Below are positions 11,855 to 24,735 of a stretch of DNA of 64,000 nt, one piece after another. The notes below the pieces were generated by a model. That model was not told where the DNA came from and made no database searches. It saw nothing but the letters and a program-made list of their open reading frames with translations. This DNA is from a bacterium (GTDB taxonomy: Bacteria > Bacteroidota > Bacteroidia > Bacteroidales > Tannerellaceae). The stretch is taken from positions 23,949-87,948 of the forward strand of contig CAVKMU010000005.1 in NCBI GenBank assembly GCA_963657455.1, read 5' to 3'. The stretch's first letter is position 1; every line of letters starts with the position of its first letter. The translations under genes were made by a program, and so were the position numbers.

Positions 11855-14416
11855 ATGAATATTAAAACAAATGATCCTATTTGGAAAGAGATTTATTCTC
11901 AATCCAAACTTCCTGCCTCTTTGGAGGTTTTAAAAGATCTGGCAAGCAACCTTTGGTGGGTGTGGAATCATGACGGAGCTAAACTTTTCGGCAAAATTGA
12001 TCCAGTGCTTTGGAAACAAACTTCCGGTAACCCTGTTCAGTTGCTTCAAAGCCTCTCCTACCAACGTATCGAGGAGATCTTGAAGGATGATGAATTAATG
12101 TCTGAAATCAAAAGAGTTTATGCGAAGTTCAGAGCTTACGTAGATGTTAAGCCGGACGCAACCAAACCGTCTGTAGCCTATTTCAGCATGGAATATGGTT
12201 TGACCAATGTATTGAAAATCTATTCCGGCGGTTTGGGAATCTTGGCAGGTGACTACTTGAAAGAAGCCAGCGATAACAATATCGACATGTGTGCCGTAGG
12301 TTTCCTTTACCGTTACGGATACTTCACACAGACATTGGCTATGGATGGTCAGCAAATTGCCAACTATGAAGCGCAAAACTTCAGCTTGCTGCCGATCACA
12401 CAGATGACAGAAAGCAATGGCGAACCGATGATATTGGAAGTTCCTTACCCAGGACGTGTCGTATATGCCAACATCTGGCGTGTAAATGTTGGTCGCGTTC
12501 CTTTGTATCTGATGGATACTGACATTCCACAAAACAGCGATTGGGACCGCTCAATTACTCACCAATTGTATGGTGGCGACTGGGAAAACCGCATGAAACA
12601 AGAGTATTTGCTGGGTATTGGTGGTATCATGATGTTGAACAAGCTCGGTATCAAGAAGCAAGTTTACCACTGCAACGAAGGACATGCCGCCTTGATCAAC
12701 GCACAACGTCTGGTCGACTACATCCAAAAAGAAGGTTTGACATACAACCAAGCAATGGAAGTTGTCCGCGCTACTTCATTGTATACCGTACATACTCCGG
12801 TTCCGGCCGGCCACGACTACTTCGACGAGGATTTGTTCGGCCGTTATATGGGCGAATTCCCCGGCAAGTTAGGTATCAGTTGGCATGACTTTATCGGCTT
12901 GGGCCGCATCAATCGCGACTCAAATGAGAAGTTCTGCATGAGTACATTCGCATTGAACACTTGTCAGGAAGCCAATGGCGTAAGCTGGTTGCACGGCAAA
13001 GTGTCACAGCGCATGTTTGCTCCGTTGTGGAAAGGCTACTTCCCTGACGAGTTGCATGTAGGCTATGTTACAAATGGTGTTCACATGCCGACATGGGCTT
13101 CAACGGAATGGAAACGTTTCTTCCACGAACGCTTTAACAAAGACTTCATGAATGATCAGTCTAATCAGAAGCATTGGGAAGCCATCCAGAACATTGCCGA
13201 CGAAGACATCTGGAACATCCGTATGACTTTGAAAAACAAATTGGTAAAATATATCAAAGATGTTTACAAAGCAACATGGTTGAAGAACCAAGGTGATCCT
13301 GCCAAGGTAATCTCTATCTTGGATAAGATCAACTCAAACTCTTTGATGATCGGTTTCGGTCGTCGTTTTGCCACCTACAAACGTGCCCACTTGTTGTTCA
13401 CAGATTTGGATCGTTTGTCCAAGATCGTCAACAACGAAAAATACCCAGTACAGTTCATCTTCACAGGAAAAGCACACCCGGCTGACGGAGGTGGCCAAGG
13501 CTTGATCAAACACATCATCGAGATCTCACGCCGTCCTGAATTCCAAGGAAAGATCATCTTCTTGGAAAACTACGACATGCGTTTGGCTCGTCACTTGATT
13601 GCCGGTGTAGATGTTTGGTTGAATACCCCGACTCGCCCATTGGAAGCTTCCGGAACTTCAGGAGAAAAAGCCGAAATGAACGGTGTATTGAACTTCTCTG
13701 TGTTGGACGGATGGTGGTATGAAGGCTATCGCGAGGGAGCCGGTTGGGCATTGACCGACAAGCGTACGTACGACAATCAGCAGTATCAAGACCAATTGGA
13801 TGCAGCGACTATCTATAACATGTTGGAAGCAGAAATCATCCCGACCTATTATGCAAAGAACAGTAAGGGATATTCACCTGAATGGATTCAATATATCAAG
13901 AATTCAATGTCTCAGATTGCTTACAACTACACGATGAAGCGTATGTTGGATGACTACATCGACCGTTTCTACAGCAAGCTGGCTATTCGTTCCAACGTCT
14001 TGAAAAAAGACAATTATGCTAAAGCCAAAGAAATTGCTGCCTGGAAAGAAGAGGTAGAAGCTCATTGGGATGCTTTGGAAGTATGCTCATTCACCAGCGA
14101 TGCTGACTATGCTGCCAATGGACCGGCAGTCGGAAAAGAAGCATCCTTCTTCTTGGAAGTCGACCGTCATGAGCTGCAAGCACAATTGGGTGTCGAAGTT
14201 ATTGTAACAAAGCAAGAACCTGAAAAGAATCAGACAGTCATCATCAAGAAAAAAGAATTCGACTTGGTGAAAGAAGAAGGTTCTAAGTTGTTCTTCGAAC
14301 TGCATATGACAGAAACAGAAGCTGGTCCTCAGCAGATCGGTTTCCGTATCTTCCCGAAGAATCACGACTTGCCTCACCGCATGGACTTCGCTTATATCCG
14401 CTGGATTCAATTGTAA
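11855..14416 (+). CDS. glgP: alpha-glucan (glycogen) phosphorylase
   Basis: [41 protein letters not shown] (PLP lysine). Start moved to ATG 11855; own TATCTTTG box at 11803-11810. Confidence 0.95.
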   Translation: MNIKTNDPIWKEIYSQSKLPASLEVLKDLASNLWWVWNHDGAKLFGKIDPVLWKQTSGNPVQLLQSLSYQRIEEILKDDELMSEIKRVYAKFRAYVDVKPDATKPSVAYFSMEYGLTNVLKIYSGGLGILAGDYLKEASDNNIDMCAVGFLYRYGYFTQTLAMDGQQIANYEAQNFSLLPITQMTESNGEPMILEVPYPGRVVYANIWRVNVGRVPLYLMDTDIPQNSDWDRSITHQLYGGDWENRMKQEYLLGIGGIMMLNKLGIKKQVYHCNEGHAALINAQRLVDYIQKEGLTYNQAMEVVRATSLYTVHTPVPAGHDYFDEDLFGRYMGEFPGKLGISWHDFIGLGRINRDSNEKFCMSTFALNTCQEANGVSWLHGKVSQRMFAPLWKGYFPDELHVGYVTNGVHMPTWASTEWKRFFHERFNKDFMNDQSNQKHWEAIQNIADEDIWNIRMTLKNKLVKYIKDVYKATWLKNQGDPAKVISILDKINSNSLMIGFGRRFATYKRAHLLFTDLDRLSKIVNNEKYPVQFIFTGKAHPADGGGQGLIKHIIEISRRPEFQGKIIFLENYDMRLARHLIAGVDVWLNTPTRPLEASGTSGEKAEMNGVLNFSVLDGWWYEGYREGAGWALTDKRTYDNQQYQDQLDAATIYNMLEAEIIPTYYAKNSKGYSPEWIQYIKNSMSQIAYNYTMKRMLDDYIDRFYSKLAIRSNVLKKDNYAKAKEIAAWKEEVEAHWDALEVCSFTSDADYAANGPAVGKEASFFLEVDRHELQAQLGVEVIVTKQEPEKNQTVIIKKKEFDLVKEEGSKLFFELHMTETEAGPQQIGFRIFPKNHDLPHRMDFAYIRWIQL

Positions 14417-14452
14417 TCCTTACGAGGATAGTACGATATACGTATAATCAAC

Positions 14453-14491
14453 AGAAAGGAATGTATCAACAATGGTGCATTCCTTTCTTTT
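14453..14491 (+). terminator. intrinsic terminator after glgP
   Basis: AGAAAGGAATGTATCA-acaa-TGGTGCATTCCTTTCT followed by TTT. Confidence 0.8.
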
Positions 14492-14515
14492 CAAACAGAC
14501 AATCAAACGAACAGT

Positions 14516-14836
14516 ATGATCCTATATAACATAACGTTAAGCATTGAAAAAGATATCGTCGAGCCGTGTTTGCGCTATCTGAAACAGTCATATATTCCGC
14601 AAGCGACAAGAAGCCGTGTCATGCATTCGCCGAAGTTACACCGCGTTCTTCCGCACGATGACAATGAAACAGGCACGGAAAGCTATGCCATTCAATTCAA
14701 TGTCAAGAATGTCGATACGCTAAACTTTTGGATAGAGCACGAGGGGGTTCATATTTCGAAGCAGTTGCTCGCTATCTTCGGAAACAAGGTTATTGGATTT
14801 ACTACAGTATTGGAAGAAATAGAATTGCCCGAATGA
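14516..14836 (+). CDS. DUF4286 family protein
   Basis: [31 protein letters not shown] pattern; stop overlaps the ruvC start (ATGA). Confidence 0.75.
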   Translation: MILYNITLSIEKDIVEPCLRYLKQSYIPQATRSRVMHSPKLHRVLPHDDNETGTESYAIQFNVKNVDTLNFWIEHEGVHISKQLLAIFGNKVIGFTTVLEEIELPE

Positions 14837-15390
14837 TACACGAACGCATCATATTAGGTATTGATCCCGGTACGATCGTCATGGGATATGGCATACTTGT
14901 CGTGGAAGACAATAAGCCCCGTTTGGAAACGATGGGAGTCATCCAACTCAACAAGTATGAGGATCACTACTTGCGTTTGAAAAAAATATTCGAACGTGTA
15001 TTGGGATTAATTGACCATTATCATCCCGATGAATTGGCTATCGAAGCCCCTTTCTTCGGAAAAAATGTACAAAGTATGTTGAAATTGGGTCGTGCACAAG
15101 GAGTTGCCATGGCCGCAGCTCTTGAACGCGACATTCCCATCTTTGAATATGCCCCGATGAAGATCAAAATGTCCATTACCGGAAACGGGCAAGCCTCAAA
15201 AGAGCAAGTAGCCGGTGTCTTGCAGAAATATTTGCATATTCCGCAAGAGAATATGCTGCCACAATTAGATGCCACCGATGGATTGGCGGCAGCCGTCTGT
15301 CATTTTTTCCAAAGCAATCGCCCTACTACTGAAAAGAAATACAACGACTGGAAAGATTTCATCAAGAAAAACCCAGGGAAAATACATTGA
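14833..15390 (+). CDS. ruvC: Holliday junction resolvase RuvC
   Basis: [40 protein letters not shown]; start moved to ATG 14833. Confidence 0.96.
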   Translation: MIHERIILGIDPGTIVMGYGILVVEDNKPRLETMGVIQLNKYEDHYLRLKKIFERVLGLIDHYHPDELAIEAPFFGKNVQSMLKLGRAQGVAMAAALERDIPIFEYAPMKIKMSITGNGQASKEQVAGVLQKYLHIPQENMLPQLDATDGLAAAVCHFFQSNRPTTEKKYNDWKDFIKKNPGKIH

Positions 15391-15585
15391 TAATCAATCA
15401 TTATATTACAAGGAAAAACCATATATAAATTTTATCAATCTGCTGATAAATGAATTCAATCCACTAATATTTGACATACAAACTCCGAATAACTACATTT
15501 GCAATAGAAGAAAGGAGAAGATAAGAAAAGCGATCTTGTTCCTGAAAAACAAATAAAACAACAACCAATTAAAACGATTAGCGAT

Positions 15586-16140
15586 ATGAAAAAGAAATGG
15601 ATTTGTACAGTATGTGGTTACGTTCACGAAGGAGATGAGGCACCTGATTTTTGTCCGCAATGCAAAGTTCCCAAAAGTAAGTTCAAAGAATTGGAAGAGA
15701 AAAGCGGTGCTTTGACTTTCGTAGACGAGCACGTCATCGGTGTTGCCAAAGGATGTGACGAAGAGATGATCAAAGATCTCAACGCACACTTCATGGGTGA
15801 ATGTACCGAAGTGGGCATGTATCTGGCCATGAGTCGACAAGCAGACCGTGAAGGCTACCCGGAAGTGGCAGAAGCCTTCAAACGTTACGCTTGGGAAGAG
15901 GCTGAACATGCCGCTAAATTCGCAGAGCTTTTAGGCGACGTTGTATGGGATACCAAAACGAATCTGGAGAAGCGAATGAACGCTGAAAGCGGAGCATGTG
16001 CCGACAAGAAACGCATTGCCACACGCGCTAAACAGCTGAATTTGGATGCAATCCACGATACGGTTCACGAAATGGCCAAAGACGAAGCTCGTCATGGCAA
16101 AGGATTCGAAGGACTTTACAACCGTTACTTCAAGAAATAA
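15586..16140 (+). CDS. reverse rubrerythrin / NADH peroxidase
   Basis: N-terminal rubredoxin CTVCG..CPQC, then di-iron motifs EEAEH and DEARH; TACATTTG box at 15494-15501. Confidence 0.92.
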   Translation: MKKKWICTVCGYVHEGDEAPDFCPQCKVPKSKFKELEEKSGALTFVDEHVIGVAKGCDEEMIKDLNAHFMGECTEVGMYLAMSRQADREGYPEVAEAFKRYAWEEAEHAAKFAELLGDVVWDTKTNLEKRMNAESGACADKKRIATRAKQLNLDAIHDTVHEMAKDEARHGKGFEGLYNRYFKK

Positions 16141-16163
16141 TCTCCGAATACTCAGAGATCAGC

Positions 16164-16198
16164 AAGGAGGGAATCCGCAAGGGTTTCCTCTTTTTTTT
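16164..16198 (+). terminator. intrinsic terminator after rubrerythrin
   Basis: GAGGGAATCC-gcaa-GGGTTTCCTC followed by T8. Confidence 0.85.
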
Positions 16199-16241
16199 GC
16201 CATGGTGGAATATAAACTGTAATGTATTGGGGTAATATAGC

Positions 16242-16286
16242 AAAAAAGCCGAACAAAAGAGAACTGCGTCTCTCCTGTTCGGCTTT
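16242..16286 (-). terminator. intrinsic terminator after the OmpA-family gene
   Basis: AAAGCCGAACA / TGTTCGGCTTT inverted repeat with an A6 run giving the minus-strand U tract. Confidence 0.75.
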
Positions 16287-16318
16287 ATATTGTGTGCTTG
16301 TGAGAATAATTCGTTGAA

Positions 16319-17002
16319 TTATTTCAGTGTGCCTGCCTCTGCTTCTTGACGCATTTGTTCGTTGGCCGTGATCAAGATTTCAACGCGGCGGTTCAAAGCG
16401 CGACCCTCAGCCGTACTGTTGTCTGCAACCGGTTCGTGGATACCTTTTCCTTCGTAGCTCATACGTTTGCTGCTTACGCCCTGATCTTGCATCAAATAGT
16501 CGTAAACGCTCTTTGCACGTTTTTCAGACAAAGTTTGGTTATAGTCAACTTTTCCTGTACTGTCAGTATGACCAACAATCTTGATATCTGTATTAGGATT
16601 CTGATTCAAGCTGGTTGCCAAGTTCTTCAATGCGCTCTTGGAAGCTGCGCTAACCGTACTTGAGTTAGTTGCAAACAAGATACCGGAGTCGAAAGTAACC
16701 TTCAAAGCTTCTCCGTCGTTAACTGTTTCAACGGTAGCTTCTTCCGGCAGAACTGCCTCGAGTTCTTTCTTCTGCTTGTCCATCTTCTTACCGATCAATG
16801 CACCGGCCGCACCACCAACGGCTGCACCTACGATAGAACCGATAACTGTGTTACCGGCCAATTTTCCTACACCTGCACCCACTGCAGCACCGCCACCGAC
16901 ACCGATGGCAGCACCTTTTTGGGTATTTGTCAACGATCCACAACTTGAAAGGATCAATGTTGCTGAAAGCAGCAACGAGGTCAAAACTTTTATACTTTTC
17001 AT
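16319..17002 (-). CDS. OmpA-family lipoprotein with glycine zipper
   Basis: Lipobox LSSC, GAAIG/GAAVGG zipper, GHTDSTG, LSEKRA, NRRVEI. Confidence 0.93.
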   Translation of the reverse strand: MKSIKVLTSLLLSATLILSSCGSLTNTQKGAAIGVGGGAAVGAGVGKLAGNTVIGSIVGAAVGGAAGALIGKKMDKQKKELEAVLPEEATVETVNDGEALKVTFDSGILFATNSSTVSAASKSALKNLATSLNQNPNTDIKIVGHTDSTGKVDYNQTLSEKRAKSVYDYLMQDQGVSSKRMSYEGKGIHEPVADNSTAEGRALNRRVEILITANEQMRQEAEAGTLK

Positions 17003-17020
17003 TTTTTCGCTTTTTGTTTT

Positions 17021-17350
17021 TTAGTCAAACATATTCAAAGAATCACAATATTCCAATTCTCCTCGAACGATGAATAAGATTTCCTCGGGCGAAAATTTTC
17101 CGACCCCATCCTTTTGGGCATTCTTTACCACAAAGGCAGCCAATTCATCTTCATCGATTTCCACGTCCGCATCGTCATCCTCAACGTTCTCATCCATGTA
17201 ACCTTTGCTTTCATAGAACTCGTAAATCAAATCGGTAATGTAATAAATATCATTATCGCTGAATTTTCCTTTCAGTTCTTGAGGAAGGTAGTTTTGGATA
17301 AACTTCACAGACTCAACCTCGTCATATTCAAAATCGCCATTTTCGCTCAT
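17021..17350 (-). CDS. acidic hypothetical protein
   Basis: 109 aa, strongly Asp/Glu-rich; minus-strand TACATTTG box at 17398-17405; 18 nt from the OmpA-family gene. Confidence 0.75.
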   Translation of the reverse strand: MSENGDFEYDEVESVKFIQNYLPQELKGKFSDNDIYYITDLIYEFYESKGYMDENVEDDDADVEIDEDELAAFVVKNAQKDGVGKFSPEEILFIVRGELEYCDSLNMFD

Positions 17351-17477
17351 CGTATTTTCTTTAATGTGTGTGAAACAATTTTTGCTTTATGGGCATACAA
17401 ATGTACGGCATAAATTTTAATGGATAATGTGCTTTAACCGAATTTAAAGAAAAAATGGCAATGTCAGCCGGCACATT

Positions 17478-17924
17478 TCATCTTTCTATTCGTTTTTGCA
17501 TGATCAGATGATTCTCATCATTGACCCGTTCGTAGCGGACATCTGTCATGATTTTCCGAATCAGATAGATGCCCAAGCCGCCGATGGGCCGTTCATCGGC
17601 CGAGAGTGTCGTATCAACCTCCGGCATAGCAGTCGGATCAAATGGAATACCACGATCAACCAGCGTAAAAACAAGTGTAGATGTAGGCTCTTTCCATTCC
17701 GTTGTCAAGCTCACCTTGCCTGTTTCACCTTTGGGATAAGCATACGATATAGAATTGACCAAAGCTTCTTCCAATGCCAGATTCAGCATATTGGTCAATG
17801 ATTCCGGAAGATGCAATGCCACCCCTATCTCTTGCATATAGGGAAATAGCAAATCGCTTTCTTCTATATTGTTATTGACTATCAATGTCTTCCGTCCGAT
17901 TCCACCTTGTTTTTCTGCTACCAT
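17478..17924 (-). CDS. anti-sigma-factor kinase-like ATP-binding protein (RsbW/HATPase_c)
   Basis: LALEEALVNSISYAY, DRGIPFDP, RPIGGLGIYLI; start uncertain (ATG 17924 or 17954). Confidence 0.8.
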   Translation of the reverse strand: MVAEKQGGIGRKTLIVNNNIEESDLLFPYMQEIGVALHLPESLTNMLNLALEEALVNSISYAYPKGETGKVSLTTEWKEPTSTLVFTLVDRGIPFDPTAMPEVDTTLSADERPIGGLGIYLIRKIMTDVRYERVNDENHLIMQKRIER

Positions 17925-18133
17925 ATTATATAATTGCTTTATTATATTTTGCATCAGCAGATAAAGCCAATGTATAGTATTCGACAAAAATATGAAAATA
18001 AATTGATATTCAACATCCAAACCTTGAAAAAAAGCAACAATCTCCGATCGAAAAACGTCTCAACTTCTGCCCGCAGTCAGAAATCAATCAGGGGAGCTTT
18101 GTATAATTTATACGAACGTTTTGCAGCTGTTTA

Positions 18134-18227
18134 TCGGCATAAAACGACAGTTTACCCCCGAATGAACTACAGTTTCATGCCGAGTAAACTGCAGTTTGCT
18201 CTCGAATAAATTTTTCTAAACTTACGA
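18134..18227. repeat. 22-bp lattice repeat array B (palindromic-linker type)
   Basis: Cores 18134 TCGGCAT, 18155 CCCCCGA, 18177 ATGCCGA, 18199 CTCTCGA, 18221 CTTACGA; linkers AAACGACAGTTT, GAACTACAGTTT, AAACTGCAGTTT at 18142, 18164, 18186. Confidence 0.85.
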
Positions 18228-18498
18228 GTTGTTCAAAAATTGTTCCTGAATGAAAAATATGACATTTTCGATTAACAAAGGAAAACACTTGGCACCAAAA
18301 AGAAACCATCAAATTTGGCACACCTCTATTTTGCTTTGTTTCAGACAAATAGACGTGTTATTATAGCCTTGAAAATTGGTTGTTTTTTCTATGAAATTGG
18401 TCTGATTCCACTATAAAAATGACATCGAAAACGTTTAAGATATTGCAAAAAGACAAAAAAAATAATTTATCAAAAAAATGAAACCATATCTTTAGTAA

Positions 18499-20046
<1,548 letters not shown>

Positions 20047-20053
20047 CAAACAA

Positions 20054-20287
20054 ATGAAATTAACAATCATAACACCGACGCAAGTTTTGTTCGAAGGCGA
20101 ATCGGAAGCTGTTACGCTGCCGGGATTGAGCGGTTCGTTCGACGTATTGCCACATCACGCTCCGCTTATTTCAGCTCTTCGTGAGGGGGTAATCCGTTAC
20201 GACGTCAACTCAAAGACGCACGAACAGGAAATCGGTGGCGGATTTGTCAAGGTTGAGAATGACGAACTGACCGTTTGCGTTGAATAA
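20054..20287 (+). CDS. atpC: F1 ATP synthase epsilon subunit (short, beta-sandwich only)
   Basis: VTLPG..GSFDVLPHHAPLIS, GGFV; follows atpD. Confidence 0.92.
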   Translation: MKLTIITPTQVLFEGESEAVTLPGLSGSFDVLPHHAPLISALREGVIRYDVNSKTHEQEIGGGFVKVENDELTVCVE

Positions 20288-20304
20288 AAAGCTACAACAG
20301 GAAG

Positions 20305-20736
20305 ATGAGATTTCGATTAATAATAAGACTCTTCGCATTGATCACTTTTATCAATGCTGCGGTAGGTATCACTTTGGGCGGTTTGCTTTATACCATTTGG
20401 CCCGAACACTACTTTACGTGGTATCCGTCCATTCCATTGTTTTATTGGATTACGGCATTGGCTATGGTCTGTTTTTTGCATGCTGTCCGCCATAAAAAAG
20501 GTGATATTTCCGTCACTACTTATATGATTGTAAGAGGATGCAAATTCCTTTTGGCTTTTATCTTCTTGTGGCTGTACGCCAACGTTGTAGGTGAAAAGAT
20601 GCATGCTTTCGGATTCACCATGATGCTCTTCTATTTCATCTACCTTGTTTTGGAGACATACACCGTATATCTCTATGAGAAGAAACGATTGCTTCGAATA
20701 AAAAGGGAGAAAGAAAATGAACAAATTGAAAAGTAG
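20305..20736 (+). CDS. 4-TM membrane protein in the atp operon (AtpI-like, inferred)
   Basis: Four hydrophobic segments; between atpC and atpB and overlapping the atpB start. Confidence 0.65.
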   Translation: MRFRLIIRLFALITFINAAVGITLGGLLYTIWPEHYFTWYPSIPLFYWITALAMVCFLHAVRHKKGDISVTTYMIVRGCKFLLAFIFLWLYANVVGEKMHAFGFTMMLFYFIYLVLETYTVYLYEKKRLLRIKREKENEQIEK

Positions 20737-21757
20737 ATTTTGGAAATGGATGCTGGTTCTCTGCCTTCTCGCTACGGGCTTCCAAGCTAAAGCAGACGAG
20801 GCAGTCGATGTACAGGATATCGTTTTCTCGCACATCAAGGACGCTTACACATGGCACATTACCGAGATCGGCTCCCACGAAATATCGATACCGCTGCCGG
20901 TCATCGTCAAGGGAGAAACAAGTGGTTGGCATCTCTTCTCTTCCTCTCGCTTGCACGAGGGGGAAAGCTACGAAGGGTTCACTCTGGCCACTGAAGGTGA
21001 ATACGAGGGAAAAATCGTAGAAACGACAGCCAACGGCACACAAGTTCGCCCGGTGGATTTGTCACTGACGAAAAACGTCTGCGGTCTCTTTCTGAGTTGC
21101 ATCGTGCTTTCGTCGCTGATCCTCGGAGCAGCACGCTGGTACAAGAAACATCCCGGCGAAGCACCGGGTGGTTTCATGGGAATGATCGAATACATTGTGG
21201 AATACATTCACGAGGATGTCATCAAAAAGAACATCGGTCCGTCTTACAAGATGTTCAGTTCTTATTTGCTGACGGTGTTCTTCTTCATTCTGATCAGCAA
21301 CTTGTTGGGTGTCATTCCGATCTTCCCCGGTGGAGCCAACTTGACAGGAAACATAACCGTCACCTTGGTTTTGGCATCTTGCACCTTCTTGGCTGTCAAC
21401 TTGTTCGGAACAAAAGAGTATTGGAAAGACATTTTCTGGCCAAACACCCCATTGTTCTTGAAAGTTCCACTACCGATCATGCCATTTGTTGAGTTCTTTG
21501 GCGTATTTACCAAGCCATTTGCCCTGGTTATCCGTCTGTTTGCCAACATCATGGCCGGACATACCATTATCTTGGCCTTGACTTGTCTGATCTTTATCAC
21601 GGCATCGATGGGGGTAATCATCAACAGCAGCATGACAGTTGTTTCCGTTCTGTTCTGTATATTCATGAACTGCATGGAGTTGTTTGTTGCATGTTTGCAA
21701 GCTTATATTTTCACATTGCTCTCCGCCAACTATATCGGAGCAGCCAGAGTGAAGTAA
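20717..21757 (+). CDS. atpB: Fo ATP synthase subunit a
   Basis: KPFALVIRLFANIMAGH (conserved Arg), LQAYIFTLLS; signal-peptide-like N-terminal extension. Confidence 0.96.
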   Translation: MNKLKSRFWKWMLVLCLLATGFQAKADEAVDVQDIVFSHIKDAYTWHITEIGSHEISIPLPVIVKGETSGWHLFSSSRLHEGESYEGFTLATEGEYEGKIVETTANGTQVRPVDLSLTKNVCGLFLSCIVLSSLILGAARWYKKHPGEAPGGFMGMIEYIVEYIHEDVIKKNIGPSYKMFSSYLLTVFFFILISNLLGVIPIFPGGANLTGNITVTLVLASCTFLAVNLFGTKEYWKDIFWPNTPLFLKVPLPIMPFVEFFGVFTKPFALVIRLFANIMAGHTIILALTCLIFITASMGVIINSSMTVVSVLFCIFMNCMELFVACLQAYIFTLLSANYIGAARVK

Positions 21758-21799
21758 TATTTATTGAATAATTAAGAAAAGAGAAAATTAAAACATTAA

Positions 21800-22063
<264 letters not shown>

Positions 22064-22080
22064 TCAAAAAACGATAGCCT

Positions 22081-22581
22081 ATGTCATTACTAACACCAGA
22101 TTCAGGACTTCTTTTCTGGATGGTACTGTCATTCGGTATCGTATTGGTCATCCTTTCCAAGTATGGTTTCCCGGTCATCATCAAAGCTATCGAAGACCGA
22201 AAAGCCTATATCGAAGGATCGTTGGAGACGGCTCGTAAAGCAAACGAGCAGTTGTCCAACATCCAAAAGGAAGGTGAGCAAATCCTGGCCGAAGCAAAAG
22301 AGAAACAGAACGCCATCTTGAAGGAAGCACTGGCTGAAAAAGAACAGATAATTGATGAGGCACGACAAAAAGCCGCTGCTGCTTCACAACTGATGATTAC
22401 AGAAGCAACACGCCAAATTCAAGAAGAAAAAGAACGTGCTATCCGCGAGGTTAGAGCCGAGATAACCGAACTCTCCATCTCCATTGCCGAAAAGGTAATG
22501 AAGGAGAAGATCGGAAGAGACAAAAACCAAGAGGATATCATCAATAAATTGATTGACGAAATGTCTTTCAGCAAATCTTAA
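22081..22581 (+). CDS. atpF: Fo ATP synthase subunit b
   Basis: N-terminal TM (LLFWMVLSF) followed by a charged coiled coil; operon position. Confidence 0.95.
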   Translation: MSLLTPDSGLLFWMVLSFGIVLVILSKYGFPVIIKAIEDRKAYIEGSLETARKANEQLSNIQKEGEQILAEAKEKQNAILKEALAEKEQIIDEARQKAAAASQLMITEATRQIQEEKERAIREVRAEITELSISIAEKVMKEKIGRDKNQEDIINKLIDEMSFSKS

Positions 22582-22584
22582 GGT

Positions 22585-23127
22585 ATGGATTTAGGAACAA
22601 TTTCATCTCGATATGCGCAAGCTCTCTTCTCCTTGGCAAGAGAAAAAGGAGAAGAGGATCTTGTCTATGCAGACATGGATATTCTCAGGCAAAGTCTGCA
22701 CAACACGAAAGAGCTGTTGCCCGTCATCAGTAATCCGATGGTCGAGAAAAAGACCAAAGAGAAATTGCTGATCGATGCAGCAGGTATCGAGGTGTGCGAC
22801 TTGTATAGGCGATTTGTTCAACTGCTTCTGAACCATGGCCGTGAGAATTGCCTGCCGATTATCATCTATCACTTTAGTGACATGTATCGCAAGGCGAAAG
22901 GGATCACTAAAGTCATCTTCTACAGTGCATCGCCGGTGGAAAAATCCACAGAGAAGCACTTGATTGAAAGACTTCAGCAGTTGACAGGTCGAACGATCGA
23001 ATATACGAATGAAGTCAAACCTGAATTAATCGGAGGTTTCCGCTTGCAGATGGAAAATTATCGGTTGGATGCCAGCTATGCTACCCAACTGAAAGAGATC
23101 CGCGAACGGTTACTGGATAGAAAATAA
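22585..23127 (+). CDS. atpH: F1 ATP synthase delta subunit
   Basis: RYAQALF, NP motif, ELIGGF, LDAS. Confidence 0.93.
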   Translation: MDLGTISSRYAQALFSLAREKGEEDLVYADMDILRQSLHNTKELLPVISNPMVEKKTKEKLLIDAAGIEVCDLYRRFVQLLLNHGRENCLPIIIYHFSDMYRKAKGITKVIFYSASPVEKSTEKHLIERLQQLTGRTIEYTNEVKPELIGGFRLQMENYRLDASYATQLKEIRERLLDRK

Positions 23128-23135
23128 AAGACTAT

Positions 23136-24719
23136 ATGACAGATTCAATAAAAATAAGCGAAGTTTCGGCCATCTTACGCCAAGAATTGGAAGGGATCAA
23201 GACCGGCATCAAGTTGGAGGAAGTAGGAACCGTGCTACAAGTCAGTGACGGCGTGGCTCGTATCTATGGACTTGACAATGCCGAGGCTAATGAACTGATC
23301 CGCTTCGACAATGGCATGGAAGCTATTGTCATGAACTTGGAAGAGGACAATGTCGGTGCCGTATTGCTCGGCCCGACCGATCAGATCGAAGAGGGCGACA
23401 CCGTTCGACGCACCGGCCGTATTGCTTCTATCAATGTAAACGAAAACATGATCGGTCGTGTGATCGATCCACTGGGTAACCCAATAGACGGTAAAGGAGA
23501 GATCACCGGCAAGACTTACGAAATGCCATTGGAAAGAAAAGCTCCGGGTGTTATTTTCCGTCAACCGGTAACAGAGCCGTTGCAGACCGGTATCAAAGCA
23601 ATCGATGCCATGATTCCTATCGGACGTGGTCAGCGCGAATTGATCATCGGTGACCGCCAGACAGGTAAAACATCCATTGCCATTGATACCATCATCAACC
23701 AACGTTCGGCTTATGAAGCCGGCGATCCTGTATATTGTATCTATGTAGCTATCGGACAGAAAGGCTCTACTGTAGCGGCATTGGTCAACACGTTGCAAGA
23801 AAAAGGCGCCATGGACTATACGATCGTTGTCAGTGCAACTGCTTCCGATCCGGCAGCCATGCAATATTTTGCGCCATTTGCCGGTGCGGCAATCGGCGAG
23901 TATTTTCGTGACAGTGGTCGTCATGCTTTGGTAGTATATGACGATTTGTCAAAACAGGCTGTAGCCTATCGTGAAGTATCCTTGATCTTGCGCCGTCCGT
24001 CCGGCCGTGAAGCTTACCCGGGTGATATCTTTTATCTCCACTCTCGCCTGTTGGAGCGTGCCGCGCGCATCATCAACCAGCAGGAAGTTGCTTCGCAGAT
24101 GAACGATTTGCCGGAGAGCATGAAACCAATTGTCAAGGGTGGCGGTTCGCTGACTGCCTTGCCTATCATCGAAACACAGGCAGGTGATGTATCGGCCTAC
24201 ATTCCAACCAACGTGATCTCCATCACCGACGGACAGATCTTCTTGGAGACTGATTTGTTCAACCAAGGTAATCGTCCGGCCATCAACGTAGGTATCTCCG
24301 TTTCTCGTGTCGGTGGTAGTGCACAGATCAAAGCAATGAAGAAAGTGGCGGGTACATTGAAAATCGATCAAGCTCAGTACCGTGAGTTGGAATCATTTAC
24401 CAAGTTTGGTGGAGAGATGGACCCTGTGACAGCATTCACTATTGACAAAGGACAGAAGAATACGCAGTTGTTGATCCAGCCGCAATACTCTCCGATGCCG
24501 GTTGAAAAGCAGATTGCCATCCTTTACTGCGGTACGCACGGATTGTTGAAAGACGTACCTTTGAACAAAGTTCACGAGTTTGAAAAAGCATTCTTGGAGG
24601 CCCTCCAAACGCAACATCCGCATGATGTTTTGGAGACTTTGAAGAAAGGCGTCATCAACGACGAAGTGGGTAAACTGATTGAAGAGACAGCTGCCAAAGT
24701 AGCTGCATCATATAAATAA
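23136..24719 (+). CDS. atpA: F1 ATP synthase alpha subunit
   Basis: [23 protein letters not shown]. Confidence 0.98.
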   Translation: MTDSIKISEVSAILRQELEGIKTGIKLEEVGTVLQVSDGVARIYGLDNAEANELIRFDNGMEAIVMNLEEDNVGAVLLGPTDQIEEGDTVRRTGRIASINVNENMIGRVIDPLGNPIDGKGEITGKTYEMPLERKAPGVIFRQPVTEPLQTGIKAIDAMIPIGRGQRELIIGDRQTGKTSIAIDTIINQRSAYEAGDPVYCIYVAIGQKGSTVAALVNTLQEKGAMDYTIVVSATASDPAAMQYFAPFAGAAIGEYFRDSGRHALVVYDDLSKQAVAYREVSLILRRPSGREAYPGDIFYLHSRLLERAARIINQQEVASQMNDLPESMKPIVKGGGSLTALPIIETQAGDVSAYIPTNVISITDGQIFLETDLFNQGNRPAINVGISVSRVGGSAQIKAMKKVAGTLKIDQAQYRELESFTKFGGEMDPVTAFTIDKGQKNTQLLIQPQYSPMPVEKQIAILYCGTHGLLKDVPLNKVHEFEKAFLEALQTQHPHDVLETLKKGVINDEVGKLIEETAAKVAASYK

Positions 24720-24735
24720 GTAAAGGGTAAGAGCT

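Noticed and set aside
15389..15405. Fur/PerR-like box (GATAATCAATCATTATA) upstream of rubrerythrin
   Set aside because: Imperfect spacing, AT-rich background, and about 90 bp upstream of the promoter box; not distinguishable from chance.
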